64,000 bases of DNA from an uncultured Gammaproteobacteria bacterium (GCA_963848305.1 CAWKDC010000001.1:832001-896000), one strand, 5' to 3'; shown: positions 23,401-34,991, numbered from the stretch's first letter. A program made the numbers and translations. Notes: generated by a model not told the origin, from the sequence alone.

Positions 23401-24628
23401 CCAAAATATCCCACACCTCTGGACCTTCACGTTCTACCATTTTCTTCGCCGCTTTGATGGTCGTGGCCAAACCAAGACGCTCTAAGCGATTGAAAATAAA
23501 GGGTTTAAATAGCTCGAGCGCCATCTTTTTGGGAAGACCGCATTGATGCAAACGCAATGTTGGTCCTACCACGATCACGGAACGACCGGAGTAATCCACA
23601 CGTTTACCAAGCAAGTTTTGACGGAAACGACCTTGTTTACCTTTGATCATGTCGGCCAAAGATTTCAAGGGGCGCTTGTTGCTGCCCGTGATCGCTCTGC
23701 CACGACGGCCGTTATCCAACAAGGCATCAACCGCTTCTTGCAACATACGTTTTTCATTGCGAACAATGATGTCAGGTGCATTCAAATCCAACAAACGTTT
23801 CAAACGGTTATTACGATTCAACACACGACGATACAAATCGTTCAAGTCAGAAGTCGCAAAACGTCCACCATCTAGCGGTACCAAAGGACGCAAATCGGGT
23901 GGCAATACCGGTAATACTTCAAGCACCATCCACTCAGGTTTGTTACCAGAGGTATCAAAGGCTTCTAACAGCTTCAATCGTTTAGCGTATTTCTTATACT
24001 TGGTATCTGAGCCCGTTTCAGCAATGGCTTCGCGCAGTAACTTGATTTCTTCTTTCACGTCAATGGCACGCAGCAATGTGCGAATCGCACCCGCACCCAT
24101 GTCTGCTTCGAAATCATCACCAAATTGTTCACGCGCTTCCAGGAATGCTTCATCTGTCAGAATTTGACCTTTCTCGAGTGACGTCATGCCAGGTTCTGTG
24201 ACCACATAGGCTTCAAAATAGAGAATGCGTTCGATATCACGCAAGGTCATGTCCAGCAACAAACCGATACGTGACGGCAAGGACTTCAAATACCAGATAT
24301 GAGCGACTGGGGAAGCCAATTCAATGTGACCCATGCGTTCGCGACGCACCTTGGCCAACGTGACCTCAACACCACATTTTTCGCACACTATACCACGGTG
24401 CTTTAACCGCTTGTATTTACCACACAAACATTCGTAATCCTTGACAGGTCCGAATATTTTGCAACAGAACAAACCGTCGCGCTCTGGTTTATATGTGCGA
24501 TAGTTGATGGTTTCAGCCTTTTTGACTTCACCATGTGACTGGGCACGAATTTCTTCGTCTGATGAAACTCTAATTTGCACAATGTCGAATTCATCATTAC
24601 TAATTTCTTCTCTAGATAGACTAAACAT
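20432..24628 (-). CDS. rpoC: RNA polymerase beta' subunit
   Basis: NADFDGD catalytic motif; zinc finger CLCGK...CEKC. Start trimmed to ATG 24628, which has a GGAG SD. Confidence 0.99.
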   Translation of the reverse strand: MFSLSREEISNDEFDIVQIRVSSDEEIRAQSHGEVKKAETINYRTYKPERDGLFCCKIFGPVKDYECLCGKYKRLKHRGIVCEKCGVEVTLAKVRRERMGHIELASPVAHIWYLKSLPSRIGLLLDMTLRDIERILYFEAYVVTEPGMTSLEKGQILTDEAFLEAREQFGDDFEADMGAGAIRTLLRAIDVKEEIKLLREAIAETGSDTKYKKYAKRLKLLEAFDTSGNKPEWMVLEVLPVLPPDLRPLVPLDGGRFATSDLNDLYRRVLNRNNRLKRLLDLNAPDIIVRNEKRMLQEAVDALLDNGRRGRAITGSNKRPLKSLADMIKGKQGRFRQNLLGKRVDYSGRSVIVVGPTLRLHQCGLPKKMALELFKPFIFNRLERLGLATTIKAAKKMVEREGPEVWDILESVIREHPVLLNRAPTLHRLGIQAFEPILIEGKAIQLHPLVCAAFNADFDGDQMAVHVPLTIEAQLEARTLMMSTNNILSPANGEPIIVPSQDIVLGIYYMTRERINDKGEGMAFSDPTEVYRAYGTRHVGLHARIKVRLPLSRLEQGGDPKKSRLVETTVGRIMLLDILPEGMLFSDINKTMNKKSISGLIMSCYHKVGLKETVVFADQLMYMGFYYAMRSGTSIAIVDLVIPDSKAEIIAAAEAEVKEIESQYVSGLVTFGERYNKVIDIWARTNDRVAKAMMTKLSKEMVQDKQGNMAEQESFNSVYMMADSGARGSAAQIRQLAGMRGLMAKPDGSIIETPITANFREGLNVLQYFISTHGARKGLADTALKTANSGYLTRRLVDVSQDMVVTEVDCGTNQGVRISSLIQGGDVVESLRERVIGRFLVQDVKDPITGAMLAEAGTFVDEDLAAKFEAEGIHDVYTRSPITCSTQYGICAKCYGRDLARGHLVNMGEAVGVIAAQSIGEPGTQLTMRTFHIGGAASRTITVNQVQVKNTGSVKLHNLKLLNRADGKAVVVSRSGEITVLDLKGHERERYKVPYGAELVVRNEDKVEAGQIIATWDPHTHPIICELTGRIQFVDMIEGMTCRKQTDELTGLSNIVVTDSKQRSSTGRELRPLVKLVDEKGNDLLLSGAALPAHYFLPAGAIVTLTDNSEVKIGDVIARIPQETSKTRDITGGLPRVADLVEARKPKDPAILAEISGVVSFGKETKGKRRLTITAIDGTVHEELIPKWRHVTVFEGETVEKGEIIADGPPNPHDILRLQGVNALTNFIVNEVQDVYRLQGVKINDKHIEVIIRQMLRKANIVSRGDSHFLEGEQADVFAVLDANKQLVKDGKMPATYEPVLLGITKASLATESFISAASFQETTRVLTEASVSGKRDRLRGLKENVIVGRLIPGGTGLAYHMARRRATHAIQATEELDRSAEELQSAISEVFNSKDAE

Positions 24629-24686
24629 GGGCGCTCCGCTGTGCGTATTTCTAGGGGAATCAGAATGGTACAAAGTAAAACCTCCG

Positions 24687-27600
24687 CTACTCTCTCTCAA
24701 GATCAATACTGATCGCAAGAGATCGAATTTCTTTCACCAACACATTGAACGACTCGGGCATACCGGGTTCCATGCGATGATCCCCATCGACGATGTTTTT
24801 GTACATCTTCGTGCGTCCTGCGACGTCGTCCGACTTGACCGTCAACATTTCCTGCAAGGTATAGGCAGCGCCATACGCTTGCAATGCCCAGACTTCCATT
24901 TCCCCGAAACGCTGACCACCGAACTGCGCTTTACCGCCCAATGGCTGCTGCGTGACAAGGCTGTATGAGCCAGTCGAACGGGCATGCATCTTGTCATCCA
25001 CCAAGTGATGGAGCTTCAAAATGTACATATACCCTACGGTCACCGGCGCATCAAACATTTCGCCGGTACGACCATCGATCAGGTTGATCTTGCCGCTTTC
25101 TGGCAAACCAGCCATCTTCAAGAGTTCACGTATCTGCGCTTCACTTGCACCGTCAAACACGGGGGTTGCCATCGGCACGCCACCGCGGAGATTGTTCGCT
25201 ACGCGCAAGACTTGATCATCGGAGAGATCGTTAATGATGCCCTTATCTGCTCCGCCCAAACTATAAATTTTGTTCAGGAAAGTACGGACATCTGCGATCT
25301 TACGCTGCTCATCGAGCATGTTCGCAATCTTTTGACCTAAGCCTTTGGCTGCCCACCCAAGGTGAGTTTCCAATAGCTGACCGACGTTCATACGTGAAGG
25401 AACGCCCAGTGGATTCAATACGATATCCACGGGGGTACCGTCTTCCAGGTATGGCATGTCTTCGACGGGCATGATCTTTGAAATAACACCCTTGTTACCA
25501 TGTCGACCAGCCATCTTATCACCTGGTTGAATGCGACGGTTCACAGCCATGTAGACTTTCACAATCTTCAAGACGCCGGGAGACAGATCATCACTTTGTG
25601 TGATTTTCTTACGTTTTTCTTCAAAACGTGTGTCATAGGCTTCACGCTCTTGTTTGAGCTGGGCTTTTAACGCTTCCAAATCACGGTTAGCATCGTCGTT
25701 ACGCAGACGAATCTCGAACCATTTAATGCGAGGCAGATCCAACAAATACTCTTCAGTGATTTTGCTGCCAGGCTTTAATGCCTTTCGGACCACCTTCGGC
25801 AACTTTACTGATTAAAAGCTTCATGATCCGCTGATAAATACCATCTTCAAGAATGCGGTATTCATCTTGCAAATCTTTACGCACTTTTTCAAGCTCAGCA
25901 GCTTCGATGGCATCAGCACGTGCGCCTTTATCAACGCCATCACGCGTGAATACTTGAACGTCGATCACGGTACCGTTCATGCCGGTAGGCACACGGAGTG
26001 AGGTGTCTTTGACGTCAGAAGCTTTTTCACCGAAAATAGCGCGCAAGAGCTTTTCTTCGGGGGTCAGCTGTGTCTCGCCTTTCGGAGTGACCTTACCGAC
26101 CAGAATGTCGCCTGCTTTCACTTTCGCACCAATGTAAACGATACCTGCTTCATCCAATTTGGACAGAGCAGATTCGCCCACGTTAGGAATGTCAGCCGTG
26201 ATTTCTTCGGGCCCAATTTCGTGTCGCGAGAAATACAGGACAATTCTTCAATGTGAATAGAAGTGAAACGATCTTCTTCAACAACACGCTCAGAAATCAA
26301 GATCGAATCTTCGAAGTTATAACCATTCCAAGGCATGAAAGCGACCAATAGGTTTTGACCCAAGGCCAATTCACCCATATCAGTGGCTGACGCATCTGCC
26401 AACACATCGCCTCTCGCAATCACGTCACCAGGTACCACAAGTGGGCGTTGGTTGATCGCCGTGTTTTGGTTCGAACGTTTGTATTTCGTTAAATTGTAAA
26501 TATCAACGCCGGCTTCGCCCGCGGTGGTTTCATCATCGTTCACGCGCACCACAATACGGGCAGCGTCAACCGCATCTACCACACCGCCACGTCTTGCGAC
26601 GGCCGTTGCACCAGAGTCCACCGCGACAATGCGCTCCAATCCTGTTCCAACCAAAGGCTTATCGGCCTTCAGGGTGGGAACCGCTTGGCGTTGCATGTTT
26701 GATCCCATCAATGCACGGTTAGCATCGTCATGTTCCAAGAAAGGAATCAACGAGGCGGCCACAGACACGATTTGTCGTGGTGACACGTCCATGTAATTGA
26801 TGTTTTCAGGCGAGGTTAATGTAAATTCGTTTTTGTAACGACAAGGCACGAGATCATCCAGCAATTTGCCTTTACTGTCGACGCGGGCATTGGCCTGTGC
26901 GATGTAGTATTGGCTTTCATCAATTGCGGAGAGATAATCCACTGCATCAGTGACCACACCGTTTTTGACACGACGACAAGGGGTTTCGATGAAACCATAC
27001 TTGTTGGTACGCGCAAATACAGAGAGTGAGTTGATCAAACCGATGTTCGGGCCTTCAGGTGTTTCAATCGGGCACACACGGCCGTAATGAGTTGCGTGAA
27101 CGTCACGGACTTCAAAGCTCGCACGCTCACGGGTTAGACCACCTGGCCCCAGGGCTGAAACACGGCGTTTATGCGTGATTTCAGACAATGGGTTGTTTTG
27201 GTCCATGAATTGCGACAATTGGCTTGAGCCAAAGAATTCTTTGATAGCCGCAGAAACAGGTTTGGCATTGATCAGATCTTGGGGCATGCTGCCTTCAGTA
27301 TCTGCAAGACCTAAACGTTCTTTCACAGCGCGTTCAACACGCACCAAGCCCACGCGGAATTGATTTTCAACCAATTCACCCACGCAGCGTACACGACGGT
27401 TACCCAAATGATCGATATCGTCGATTTCGCCTTTGCCATCACGGGTGCTGATCAACACGCGGATTGCATCAACGATGTCTTCTTTCGTCAATACGCCAGG
27501 ACCTTCATCCTGAGTACGACCCACACGACGGTTGAATTTCATTCGACCTACAGCAGATAGATCATAACGATCTTCAGCGAAAAAGAGACTGTGGAACAGT

Positions 27601-28781
27601 GCTTCCGCCGCATCTTTTGTAGGGGGTTCACCGGGACGCATCATGCGATAAATTTCAACCAATGCTTCGAGGGGTGACTTACATGTGTCAACACGCAAGG
27701 TGTCAGAAATGTAAGGACCACGATCGAGATCGTTGGTGTCCAAAATGTCAAGTTGCTTCACGCCCGATGATTGGAATTTTTTGATGAGATCTGCGGTGAT
27801 TTCAGTGTTTGCTTCGGCAATGATTTCACCAGAATCTTGGTCAATCAGTGTGTTAGCAAGGGCTTTGCCAAGCAATGCATCGTAAGGCACATCCAATGTT
27901 TTTATATTGGCCTTTTCAATTTGTTTGATGTGACGTGACGTAAAGCGACGACCGGCTTCCACAATGACATTACCTGACTCATCGTGAACGTCTGCAATGG
28001 CCGTTTCGCCACGTAAGCGTTCAGGGGTTAAAGTCATCGTGACATTGTCAGCATTCAGTTTGAAATGAACGGTATCAAAGAAAAGACCAAGAATGTCGTC
28101 AGTTGAGAAGCCCATGGCACGTAACAACACGGTGACAGGCAATTTGCGACGTCTGTCAATGCGGACATAGAGGCAATCTTTGGGATCGAATTCGAAATCG
28201 AGCCACGAACCACGGTAAGGAATGATCCGTGCGGAATACAATAATTTCCCAGATGAGTGGGTTTTGCCCTTATCATGCTCAACAAACAATCCAGGCGAGC
28301 GTTGTAATTGGCTGACAACCACACGTTCTGTGCCATTGATAATGAACGAACAATTGTCCGTCATCAAGGGGAGTTCACCCATGTACACTTCTTGTTCACG
28401 AATGTCTTTCACAACCTTCGTGCCAGCAGGCGCATCCTTATCATAAATAATAAGGCGCATTTTCACACGCAGAGGTGAGGCATAAGTCACACCACGATCG
28501 ATACACTCTGGCACCTCGTATGGAGGCGTGCCTAAACGGTATGAATCGTACTCAAGAACGGCATTCCCAGAGAAGCTCTCAATGGGAAAAACGCTTTTAA
28601 AAGCGCCGTGCAGGCCAGATGCTGTGCGCAGTGCTGGGTCTGTGATATTGAGTTGCAGGAAGTCGTTACCGTATGATTCGCGTTGAATCTCAAGCAAATT
28701 TGGCACGTCAAGAATATGTTTGACGTCACCGAAAAATAAGCGTGGACGGCGTGTTTCAGTAAATGATTTCGTGGCAGCCAT
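24687..28781 (-). CDS. rpoB: RNA polymerase beta subunit; three ORF pieces from indels near 26211 and 25785, likely sequencing errors
   Basis: [21 protein letters not shown]; [10 protein letters not shown]; [12 protein letters not shown]; GGQRFGEME. Confidence 0.98.
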
Positions 28782-28820
28782 TGGCAGTCCTCGATGTAGT
28801 TTAATGCTCTATCAATCTCT

Positions 28821-28857
28821 AAAAAGCAGGACATTGGCAGGCGAACCAGCCAATGTC
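28821..28857 (-). terminator. rplL-rpoB intercistronic attenuator-like hairpin
   Basis: GACATTGGC...GCCAATGTC stem followed by CTGCTTTTT on the minus strand. Confidence 0.6.
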
Positions 28858-28875
28858 ACTGTTCGTACAATTCCG

Positions 28876-29253
28876 TTATTTAATTTCAACGGATGCACCA
28901 GCTTCTTCAAGCTTTTTCTTCAAGGTGGCAGCTTCATCTTTGCTGACGCCTTCTTTCACAACAGCAGGCGTACCTTCAACGAGGTCCTTCGCTTCTTTCA
29001 AGCCCAATGTCGTGACTTCACGAACAACTTTAATCACTGAGACTTTGTTTGCGCCAGCAGCAGTCAAGACAACGTTAAACTCTGTCTTTTCTTCTGCAGG
29101 TGCAGCAGCGCCAGCAGCAGGTGCAGCAGCCATTGCTACGGGAGCAGCAGCAGTCACACCGAATTTATCTTCCATATCTTTGATCAATGCACAAACGTCC
29201 ATGACGCTCATTGCGGAAATGGCATCAAGAATTTGTTCTCTAGATACGCTCAT
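28876..29253 (-). CDS. rplL: 50S ribosomal protein L7/L12
   Basis: [11 protein letters not shown]; EEKTEFNV; [11 protein letters not shown]. Confidence 0.98.
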   Translation of the reverse strand: MSVSREQILDAISAMSVMDVCALIKDMEDKFGVTAAAPVAMAAAPAAGAAAPAEEKTEFNVVLTAAGANKVSVIKVVREVTTLGLKEAKDLVEGTPAVVKEGVSKDEAATLKKKLEEAGASVEIK

Positions 29254-29280
29254 GTTATAACTCCTCACAAAATGTTAATA

Positions 29281-29808
29281 TTAAGCCTGTTCTTTTTGGT
29301 CTTTCACAGCGACGACTGTGCGCACCAATTTGGTGTGCGGCGCTGCCAAAGTTCCAACCAGTTTCTGAATCGGTGCCTTCATGACAGACATCAATTGACT
29401 GATCGCTTGATTTTTGGTCGGCAAACTAGCGACATCACCCAAACGGGCCACATCGATGTTTTGACCATCAACTGCAATCACAGTCACTTTGAATCGTTCA
29501 TTAGCCTTCATGAAGTCTTTCAACAGACGAGCGGGCGCACCCGGATCCTCTTTTGAAAAAGCAAGCACCAACGGCCTTTTCAACAAGTCTTTGACACAGT
29601 CAAAGCTTGTATCCGCCAATGCGCGACGTGCAAGTGTATTGCGAACCACGCGTAAATATACGCCTGATTCACGGGCTTGTTTCCGCAAACCGGTCATTTG
29701 AGAGACGGGAATACCTGCGTATTCACCTGCAATCAAAGTGACCGAATTGGCAGCAACTGCCCGAACATCAGCAACAATGGCTTTTTTATCTTCCAGTCCT
29801 AGTGGCAC
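29281..29808 (-). CDS. rplJ: 50S ribosomal protein L10
   Basis: LEDKKAIV; RVVRNTLARRA; ASLPTK. Confidence 0.97.
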   Translation of the reverse strand: MPLGLEDKKAIVADVRAVAANSVTLIAGEYAGIPVSQMTGLRKQARESGVYLRVVRNTLARRALADTSFDCVKDLLKRPLVLAFSKEDPGAPARLLKDFMKANERFKVTVIAVDGQNIDVARLGDVASLPTKNQAISQLMSVMKAPIQKLVGTLAAPHTKLVRTVVAVKDQKEQA

Positions 29809-29827
29809 TAGTACCCCCTATTGTGTT

Positions 29828-29888
29828 GTCTGCGTGGGTAAGATTAAACGTATGGTTGCAAGCAACCTACGTACCCACGGTCTTCGAC
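29828..29888 (-). promoter_or_regulatory. L10 leader (rplJ autoregulatory RNA)
   Basis: Minus strand GAAGACCGTGGGT...TTAATC..ACCCACGCAGAC matches the known L10-leader pattern and position. Confidence 0.75.
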
Positions 29889-29921
29889 GAAGCAGCAATA
29901 TTGCTACTACGCCTAAAGTCT

Positions 29922-30605
29922 TTATAAAGTTATCGTTGATAAATCAACTGTTAACCCTGGCCATGGTCGTTGAAAGGGTGACTTTTTTAATGTACACGCC
30001 CTTCGCTGAAACAGGCTTTAATTTCTTGACCGCATTCACCAACGCGTCAATATTGCGCATGATGTCTTGCGATGTAAAATCGATTTTACCAATGCCTGCT
30101 TGAAGAATACCGGCCTTATCAGTGCGAAAACGCACTTGGCCTGATTTGGCATTCTTGACGGCAGTAGCAACATCGGGTGTCACTGTGCCCACTTTGGGGT
30201 TAGGCATCAAGCCACGTGGCCCAGCACTTGACCTAACTGTCCAACGATACGCATGGTATCGGGTGTGGCAATCACAACGTCAAATTCAAGGTTTCCACCT
30301 TTGATTTTTTCTGCCAAATCTTCAAAACCGACGAGATCAGCACCGGCTGCGAGTGCAGCATTGGCTGCTTCGCCTTGTGCGAACACGGCCACGCGCACAG
30401 TTTGACCTGTGCCTGCAGGCAATACAACCGATCCACGAACGCCTTCTTGCTTCGTGACACCGAGAATCATACCGAGTTCAACGGTCTCTTTGAATTTCCG
30501 GGGAGGCAAACTTTGCAACAAAGCAATCGCTTCGGGCAAAGGGTACACAGTCCCTGGCTTAACAACAGCCTGAATGGCTTTCTGATGTTTAGAAATATGT
30601 GCCAT
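29922..30605 (-). CDS. rplA: 50S ribosomal protein L1; indels near 30220 and 29960, likely sequencing errors
   Basis: [12 protein letters not shown]; GQLGQVLG[P][12 protein letters not shown]; STTM[GP]G. Confidence 0.96.
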
Positions 30606-30613
30606 GTTCAACC

Positions 30614-31057
30614 CTACCCTTGTTTCGATGCTGTTTCTGAATCAATGCCCATGCTGCGTGCGCTACCTGCGATGGTACGAACAGCAGCATCCAGATCCTT
30701 TGCAGTCAGATCAGGCGTTTTGATTTTTGCAATTTCTTCCAATTGCGCGCGTGTGATCACACCGACTTTCTCAGTGTTCGGACGACCACTGCCTTTCGCC
30801 AACTTCAGCGTGTCTTTGATCAAGAAAGAGGCTGGTGGTGTCTTCAACACGAACGTGAAGCTACGATCTGAGTACACTGTGATCACAACAGGAATTGGCA
30901 TCCCTTTTTTAAAGGTTTGCGTGGCAGCGTTAAATGCCTTGCAGAATTCCATGATGTTAACACCTTGTTGACCTAATGCAGGACCAACAGGTGGACTTGG
31001 TTTTGCATCTCCAGCAGGAATCTGGAGCTTGACGTAGGCTTGAATTTTCTTTGCCAT
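30614..31057 (-). CDS. rplK: 50S ribosomal protein L11
   Basis: [25 protein letters not shown]; IAGSARSMG. Confidence 0.99.
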   Translation of the reverse strand: MAKKIQAYVKLQIPAGDAKPSPPVGPALGQQGVNIMEFCKAFNAATQTFKKGMPIPVVITVYSDRSFTFVLKTPPASFLIKDTLKLAKGSGRPNTEKVGVITRAQLEEIAKIKTPDLTAKDLDAAVRTIAGSARSMGIDSETASKQG

Positions 31058-31070
31058 AAATATACTCCGT

Positions 31071-31104
31071 TTGGGTGATTAGCGCTGTTTTTAGGCAGCT
31101 CCCC
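31071..31104 (-). promoter_or_regulatory. L1-binding translational operator of rplK, proximal copy
   Basis: GGGGAGCTGCCTAAAAACAGCGCTAATCACCCAA just upstream of the SD, with the GGGAG...GC(G/T)..A..ACCC layout of the E. coli rplK leader. Confidence 0.7.
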
Positions 31105-31117
31105 TGTTTTACCATCT

Positions 31118-31141
31118 GAGGGCGCAAGTATGCGCCCCTAC
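31118..31141 (-). repeat. REP palindrome
   Basis: gagggcgcaagtatgcgcccctac. Confidence 0.8.
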
Positions 31142-31144
31142 AAT

Positions 31145-31176
31145 TTGGGGATTAGCGCTGTTTTAGGCAGCTCCCC
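31145..31176 (-). repeat. Second, near-identical copy of the rplK leader operator
   Basis: GGGGAGCTGCCTAAAACAGCGCTAATCCCCAA. Confidence 0.75.
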
Positions 31177-31181
31177 ATGCC

Positions 31182-31207
31182 AGGGGTGCAGCATGCTGCG
31201 CCCCCAC
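31182..31207 (-). repeat. REP palindrome, second subtype
   Basis: aggggtgcagcatgctgcgcccccac. Confidence 0.7.
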
Positions 31208-31210
31208 AGT

Positions 31211-31747
31211 TTACCCTTTCTCAACCTGGCTGAACTCGAGTTCAACTGGGGTTGAGCGACCAAAAATGAGAACGGCCACACGAAGACGGCTCTTCTCATA
31301 GTTGACTTCTTCGACCACACCGTTAAAGTCGGCAAATGGACCGTCCGTAACACGAACAACTTCACCGGCTTCGAACAATGTTTTAGGTTGCGGTTTGTCT
31401 GCACGTTCTGCAACCCGGTTCAAAATCATTTCAGCTTCTTTATCGCTGATGGGCGTCGGTGTTTCGCCGCCACCTAAGAAACCCAATACTTTAGGCACAT
31501 TTTTCACGAGATACCATGCTTCAGGTTCCATCGTCATTTGTACCAATACATAGCCAGGGAAGAACTTACGGTCACTCTTGCGTTTTTGACCGCCGCGCAT
31601 TTCCACCACTTCTTCTGTTGGAACCAGTATTTTACCGAATTGCGATTGCCTTCCTTCCTCTTCTACGCGTTTTTCCAACCAAGCCTTGACTCGGTTTTCA
31701 TAGCCGGAATAGGTTTGCACCACATACCAACGCCACATATCGGCCAT
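31211..31747 (-). CDS. nusG: Transcription termination/antitermination factor NusG
   Basis: [11 protein letters not shown]; [10 protein letters not shown]; DGPFADFNG; [12 protein letters not shown]. Confidence 0.99.
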   Translation of the reverse strand: MADMWRWYVVQTYSGYENRVKAWLEKRVEEEGRQSQFGKILVPTEEVVEMRGGQKRKSDRKFFPGYVLVQMTMEPEAWYLVKNVPKVLGFLGGGETPTPISDKEAEMILNRVAERADKPQPKTLFEAGEVVRVTDGPFADFNGVVEEVNYEKSRLRVAVLIFGRSTPVELEFSQVEKG

Positions 31748-31757
31748 AACTGTGCTC

Positions 31758-32156
31758 CTAAGCTGTAATCAACGACATCACGTAAAGCAATAGGCTGTCT
31801 AACAACCATAAAAACAGGGATGCCACCAACACCATGACAACCACTGCAATGGTTGACTGGATTGTTTCTTGACGGGTAGGCCAAACGACTTTCCGTGCTT
31901 CTGCTCTCGCATTCTTAATAAACTCCAAGGCATGCTGCCCTTGGACTGTCGTACTTGCAATCCCCAAGGCAACCGCGACCAGGACAACCAGCCCTGAAAC
32001 ACGAATGGCTAAATGAAGCTCAGCAAAATACTGAAAACCCACCAAGGCCACGCCAAACAGGATAGAAGATAAAAACCATTTGATTTTATTCAAGTTATTT
32101 CCACCAACCACTGAAAAATCGGACTTTTTTGCACATGCAACTTGACTGTCAGCCAT
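31758..32156 (-). CDS. secE: Preprotein translocase SecE, 3-TM type
   Basis: [13 protein letters not shown]; FLWLLD. Start uncertain (32156 or 32168). Confidence 0.93.
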   Translation of the reverse strand: MADSQVACAKKSDFSVVGGNNLNKIKWFLSSILFGVALVGFQYFAELHLAIRVSGLVVLVAVALGIASTTVQGQHALEFIKNARAEARKVVWPTRQETIQSTIAVVVMVLVASLFLWLLDSLLLYVMSLITA

Positions 32157-32248
32157 ATCAACACCCATACCCGCATCCTGAGGAGCAGGGATAGTAACAC
32201 AAAATTTGAAAAAAACAAAGGTTATATGCGACTTTTTGCAAAATTTGC

Positions 32249-32271
32249 AGGGCGCGTCAATGCGCCCGTAC
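32249..32271 (-). repeat. Degenerate REP palindrome after tRNA-Trp
   Basis: agggcgcgtcaatgcgcccgtac. Confidence 0.6.
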
Positions 32272-32276
32272 AAATT

Positions 32277-32352
<76 letters not shown>

Positions 32353-32392
32353 AAAATGTAAAGATATTGACAGGCCCTTGCGGGCCTTGTCA

Positions 32393-32417
32393 AGGGCACA
32401 GCATACTGTGCCCATAC
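32393..32417 (-). repeat. REP palindrome, second subtype, after tuf
   Basis: agggcacagcatactgtgcccatac. Confidence 0.6.
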
Positions 32418-32426
32418 AATTACCAA

Positions 32427-33620
32427 TTACTTCAAGATCTTGCTGACAACGCCAGCGCCAACGGTACGACCACCTTCGCGGATAGCAAAGCGTAAGCCAT
32501 CTTCCATCGCGATAGGCGCAACCAGTTCAACGATCATCTTGGTGTTGTCACCAGGCATGACCATTTCAACGCCTTCTTGCAAGAAGACTTCGCCTGTGAC
32601 GTCAGTCGTTCTGAAGTAGAACTGTGGACGGTATCCAGCCAAGAATGGGGTATGACGACCACCTTCTTCTTTGGACAACACGTACACTTCGCACTCAAAC
32701 TTGGTGTGAGGCTTCATGCTACCTGGTTTGCACAATACTTGACCGCGTTCCACGTCTTCACGCTTCGTGCCTCTGAGCAGAACACCGATGTTGTCCCCGG
32801 CTTGACCTTGATCAAGCAGTTTGCGGAACATTTCAACACCTGTGCAAATGGTCTTGACCGTGTCTTTGAGACCCACGATTTCGATTTCTTCGCCGACTTT
32901 GACGATACCGCGTTCTACACGGCCTGTCACCACAGTACCACGTCCAGAAATCGAGAATACGTCTTCGATAGGCATCAAGAAAGGTTTGTCGATTTCGCGT
33001 TTAGGTTCAGGGATGTAGCTATCCAATGCATCCAACAGTTTAGCAACGGCTTGCGTGCCAATTGGGCTGTCTTCGCCTTCGAGTGCTTTCAATGCAGAAC
33101 CGGTCACGATAGGAATGGTATCGCCAGGGAAGCCGTATGCGCTCAGCAAATCGCGTACTTCCATTTCGACCAATTCCAGCAATTCAGGATCATCGACCAT
33201 GTCAGCTTTGTTCAAGAATACAACAATATAAGGAACACCCACTTGGCGTGCTAAGAGGATATGCTCTCTGGTTTGTGGCATAGGACCGTCCGCTGCCGAC
33301 ACAACCAAGATCGCGCCGTCCATTTGGGCAGCACCCGTGATCATGTTTTTGACATAGTCGGCGTGTCCTGGGCAGTCCACGTGCGCGTAATGGCGATTCT
33401 TCGTTTCATACTCTACGTGCGCTGCGTTAATCGTGATACCACGAGCCTTTTCTTCAGGCGCATTATCAATTTCGTTGATGTTTTTAACTTCACCGGCACC
33501 GCTCAATTTTGCAGCAACGGTTGTTAAAGCTGCTGTCAACGTGGTTTTACCATGATCGACGTGGCCGATAGTGCCCACGTTGACGTGTGGTTTATTACGT
33601 GCATAAGTTGCTTTAGCCAT
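32427..33620 (-). CDS. tuf: Elongation factor Tu; only copy in the window
   Basis: GHVDHGKTT; [15 protein letters not shown]; [11 protein letters not shown]. Confidence 0.99.
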   Translation of the reverse strand: MAKATYARNKPHVNVGTIGHVDHGKTTLTAALTTVAAKLSGAGEVKNINEIDNAPEEKARGITINAAHVEYETKNRHYAHVDCPGHADYVKNMITGAAQMDGAILVVSAADGPMPQTREHILLARQVGVPYIVVFLNKADMVDDPELLELVEMEVRDLLSAYGFPGDTIPIVTGSALKALEGEDSPIGTQAVAKLLDALDSYIPEPKREIDKPFLMPIEDVFSISGRGTVVTGRVERGIVKVGEEIEIVGLKDTVKTICTGVEMFRKLLDQGQAGDNIGVLLRGTKREDVERGQVLCKPGSMKPHTKFECEVYVLSKEEGGRHTPFLAGYRPQFYFRTTDVTGEVFLQEGVEMVMPGDNTKMIVELVAPIAMEDGLRFAIREGGRTVGAGVVSKILK

Positions 33621-33655
33621 TTCTCACCCCTTTCTAAATAAACACGCGTATGACC

Positions 33656-33730
<75 letters not shown>

Positions 33731-33787
33731 CTGTCAAACGCTTTAATTTTGCCATCATATAGCGCGGATGCCGGGTATATATCTATT

Positions 33788-33861
33788 TGGAGCGGGTGAT
33801 GGGAATCGAACCCACACAATCAGCTTGGAAGGCTGAAGTTCTACCATTGAACTACACCCGC
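33788..33861 (-). tRNA. glyT: tRNA-Gly(TCC)
   Basis: GCGGGTGTAGTTCAATGG...CT-TCC-AA...GTTCGATTCC...CGCTCCA. Confidence 0.96.
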
Positions 33862-33898
33862 ACCGACACCCAAACATTCGTCTACTTCATACTTATTT

Positions 33899-33980
33899 TG
33901 GAGGGAGTAGGATTCGAACCTACGAAGGCAGAGCCGTCAGATTTACAGTCTGATCCCTTTAACCACTCGGGAATCCCTCC
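33899..33980 (-). tRNA. tyrU: tRNA-Tyr(GTA), no encoded CCA
   Basis: GGAGGGATTCCCGAGTGG...CT-GTA-AA, long variable arm, GTTCGAATCC, TCCCTCC-A. Confidence 0.95.
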
Positions 33981-33994
33981 ATAAACAGGGAGTC

Positions 33995-34023
33995 ATTGTC
34001 CTCAAAGCAATCAGTCCTGTCAA
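33995..34023 (-). promoter_or_regulatory. Promoter of the tRNA-tuf operon
   Basis: TTGACA-N17-GACAAT just upstream of tRNA-Tyr. Confidence 0.7.
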
Positions 34024-34094
34024 GGGGGGGAAAGTAAATATTTGTTTAAAAAACACACATTTTTGATAGAGAAAGCTTCGCTCTCGAGAATGAC

Positions 34095-34260
34095 AAGCAA
34101 GGGTTTAGCTAGGGAGGGGGATATCGTGAGGTGGCTTGGTTCCTGCATGCCGTCCTGTTTCCGTACAACTCTATTATTATGCCTACTTGTGCTCACACCG
34201 TCGTGTTACACATTTATTTATGTTGAACGGGATATTAAATAATTATTTCAAGCGTGTCAA
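34095..34260 (-). ncRNA. Candidate small RNA with its own promoter and GGA motifs
   Basis: TTGACA-N17-TAATAT (34260-34232) precedes a non-coding stretch carrying ACGGA, CAGGA and CAGGA. Confidence 0.3.
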
Positions 34261-34302
34261 TAGGGGTTATAAAAATATTTTTGATTTTGGCAGTTTTTGT
34301 GT

Positions 34303-34743
34303 CTAACTCTCTTCGGCAGACTGTATATAATCACCATCTGTGCACAATTGTAAAAAGTGCTTTCTGTTAAAGGTCACTAATTTTTCTGCGTGATGTTGTT
34401 GTGCAGTTTTCAAAATAATCGCATCATAAATAATTCCACCGCTCAAACCCAACAGTGAGAGATCTTCGGCAATATCCATAAACTCTTGCGGATCCAATGT
34501 CACAAGTTTTCCCATTTTCTTCGCATTGTCACGAAGAATGCGATATGCCACCGCTGGAGAAATTTTGGGGCTTAGAGGCAGACGAGTGAGGACGGCATAG
34601 CACTCTGCGATGGAATGTGCTGCAACCATGATTGAAATTTTTTTCTTTTCAGCTAATTGAAACCAATGGATAGCAGCACTATGGTGCGGATGTGTCGCAA
34701 CAAAGGCAGCCACTAAGACATTCGTGTCCAGTAAAACTAGCAT
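34303..34743 (-). CDS. vapC: PIN-domain (VapC-like) toxin
   Basis: LLDTNVL; IAECYAVLTR; IYDAII; LVTFNRKHF. Confidence 0.9.
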   Translation of the reverse strand: MLVLLDTNVLVAAFVATHPHHSAAIHWFQLAEKKKISIMVAAHSIAECYAVLTRLPLSPKISPAVAYRILRDNAKKMGKLVTLDPQEFMDIAEDLSLLGLSGGIIYDAIILKTAQQHHAEKLVTFNRKHFLQLCTDGDYIQSAEES

Positions 34744-34748
34744 GATTA

Positions 34749-34991
34749 TCAGTCCCTCAACCTTTCATCCCTGATGGTATCTAAAATATGATCTACATTA
34801 CCGGTCATTTTCCCGGTGTATACCAATAACCCATCTTCCATAGAAGTATATTGTTGTTTATGAACAACTTTAATAATGACAGCGTCCCCCTGCTCTTGCA
34901 TCTCCAGCAGGGTATCTGTGTCGATACCTAAATGAGTACGCATGGCTTTTGGAAGCGTGATCCGGCCAAATTTATCGAGTGTTGTTTGCAT
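34749..34991 (-). CDS. AbrB/MazE/SpoVT-family antitoxin
   Basis: TLDKFGRITLPKAMRTHLGI; directly upstream of the PIN gene. Confidence 0.88.
   Translation of the reverse strand: MQTTLDKFGRITLPKAMRTHLGIDTDTLLEMQEQGDAVIIKVVHKQQYTSMEDGLLVYTGKMTGNVDHILDTIRDERLRD

Noticed and set aside
24629-24718. N-terminal extension of RpoC, or an rpoB-rpoC fusion
   Set aside because: rpoB has its own stop at 24687 and an SD-preceded ATG exists at 24628; the extension is an ORF-caller artefact.
27000-27250. Rifampicin-resistance substitutions in RpoB
   Set aside because: The cluster I residues (Q513, D516, H526, S531 equivalents) are wild type.
6904-30605. Split secY, rplN, rplV, rplD, rpoB and rplA as pseudogenes, programmed frameshifts or recoded stops
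   Set aside because: These are core genes, mostly essential. Each is restored by a 1-2 nt indel, with no slippery heptamers and no in-frame stops, so sequencing error is far more likely.
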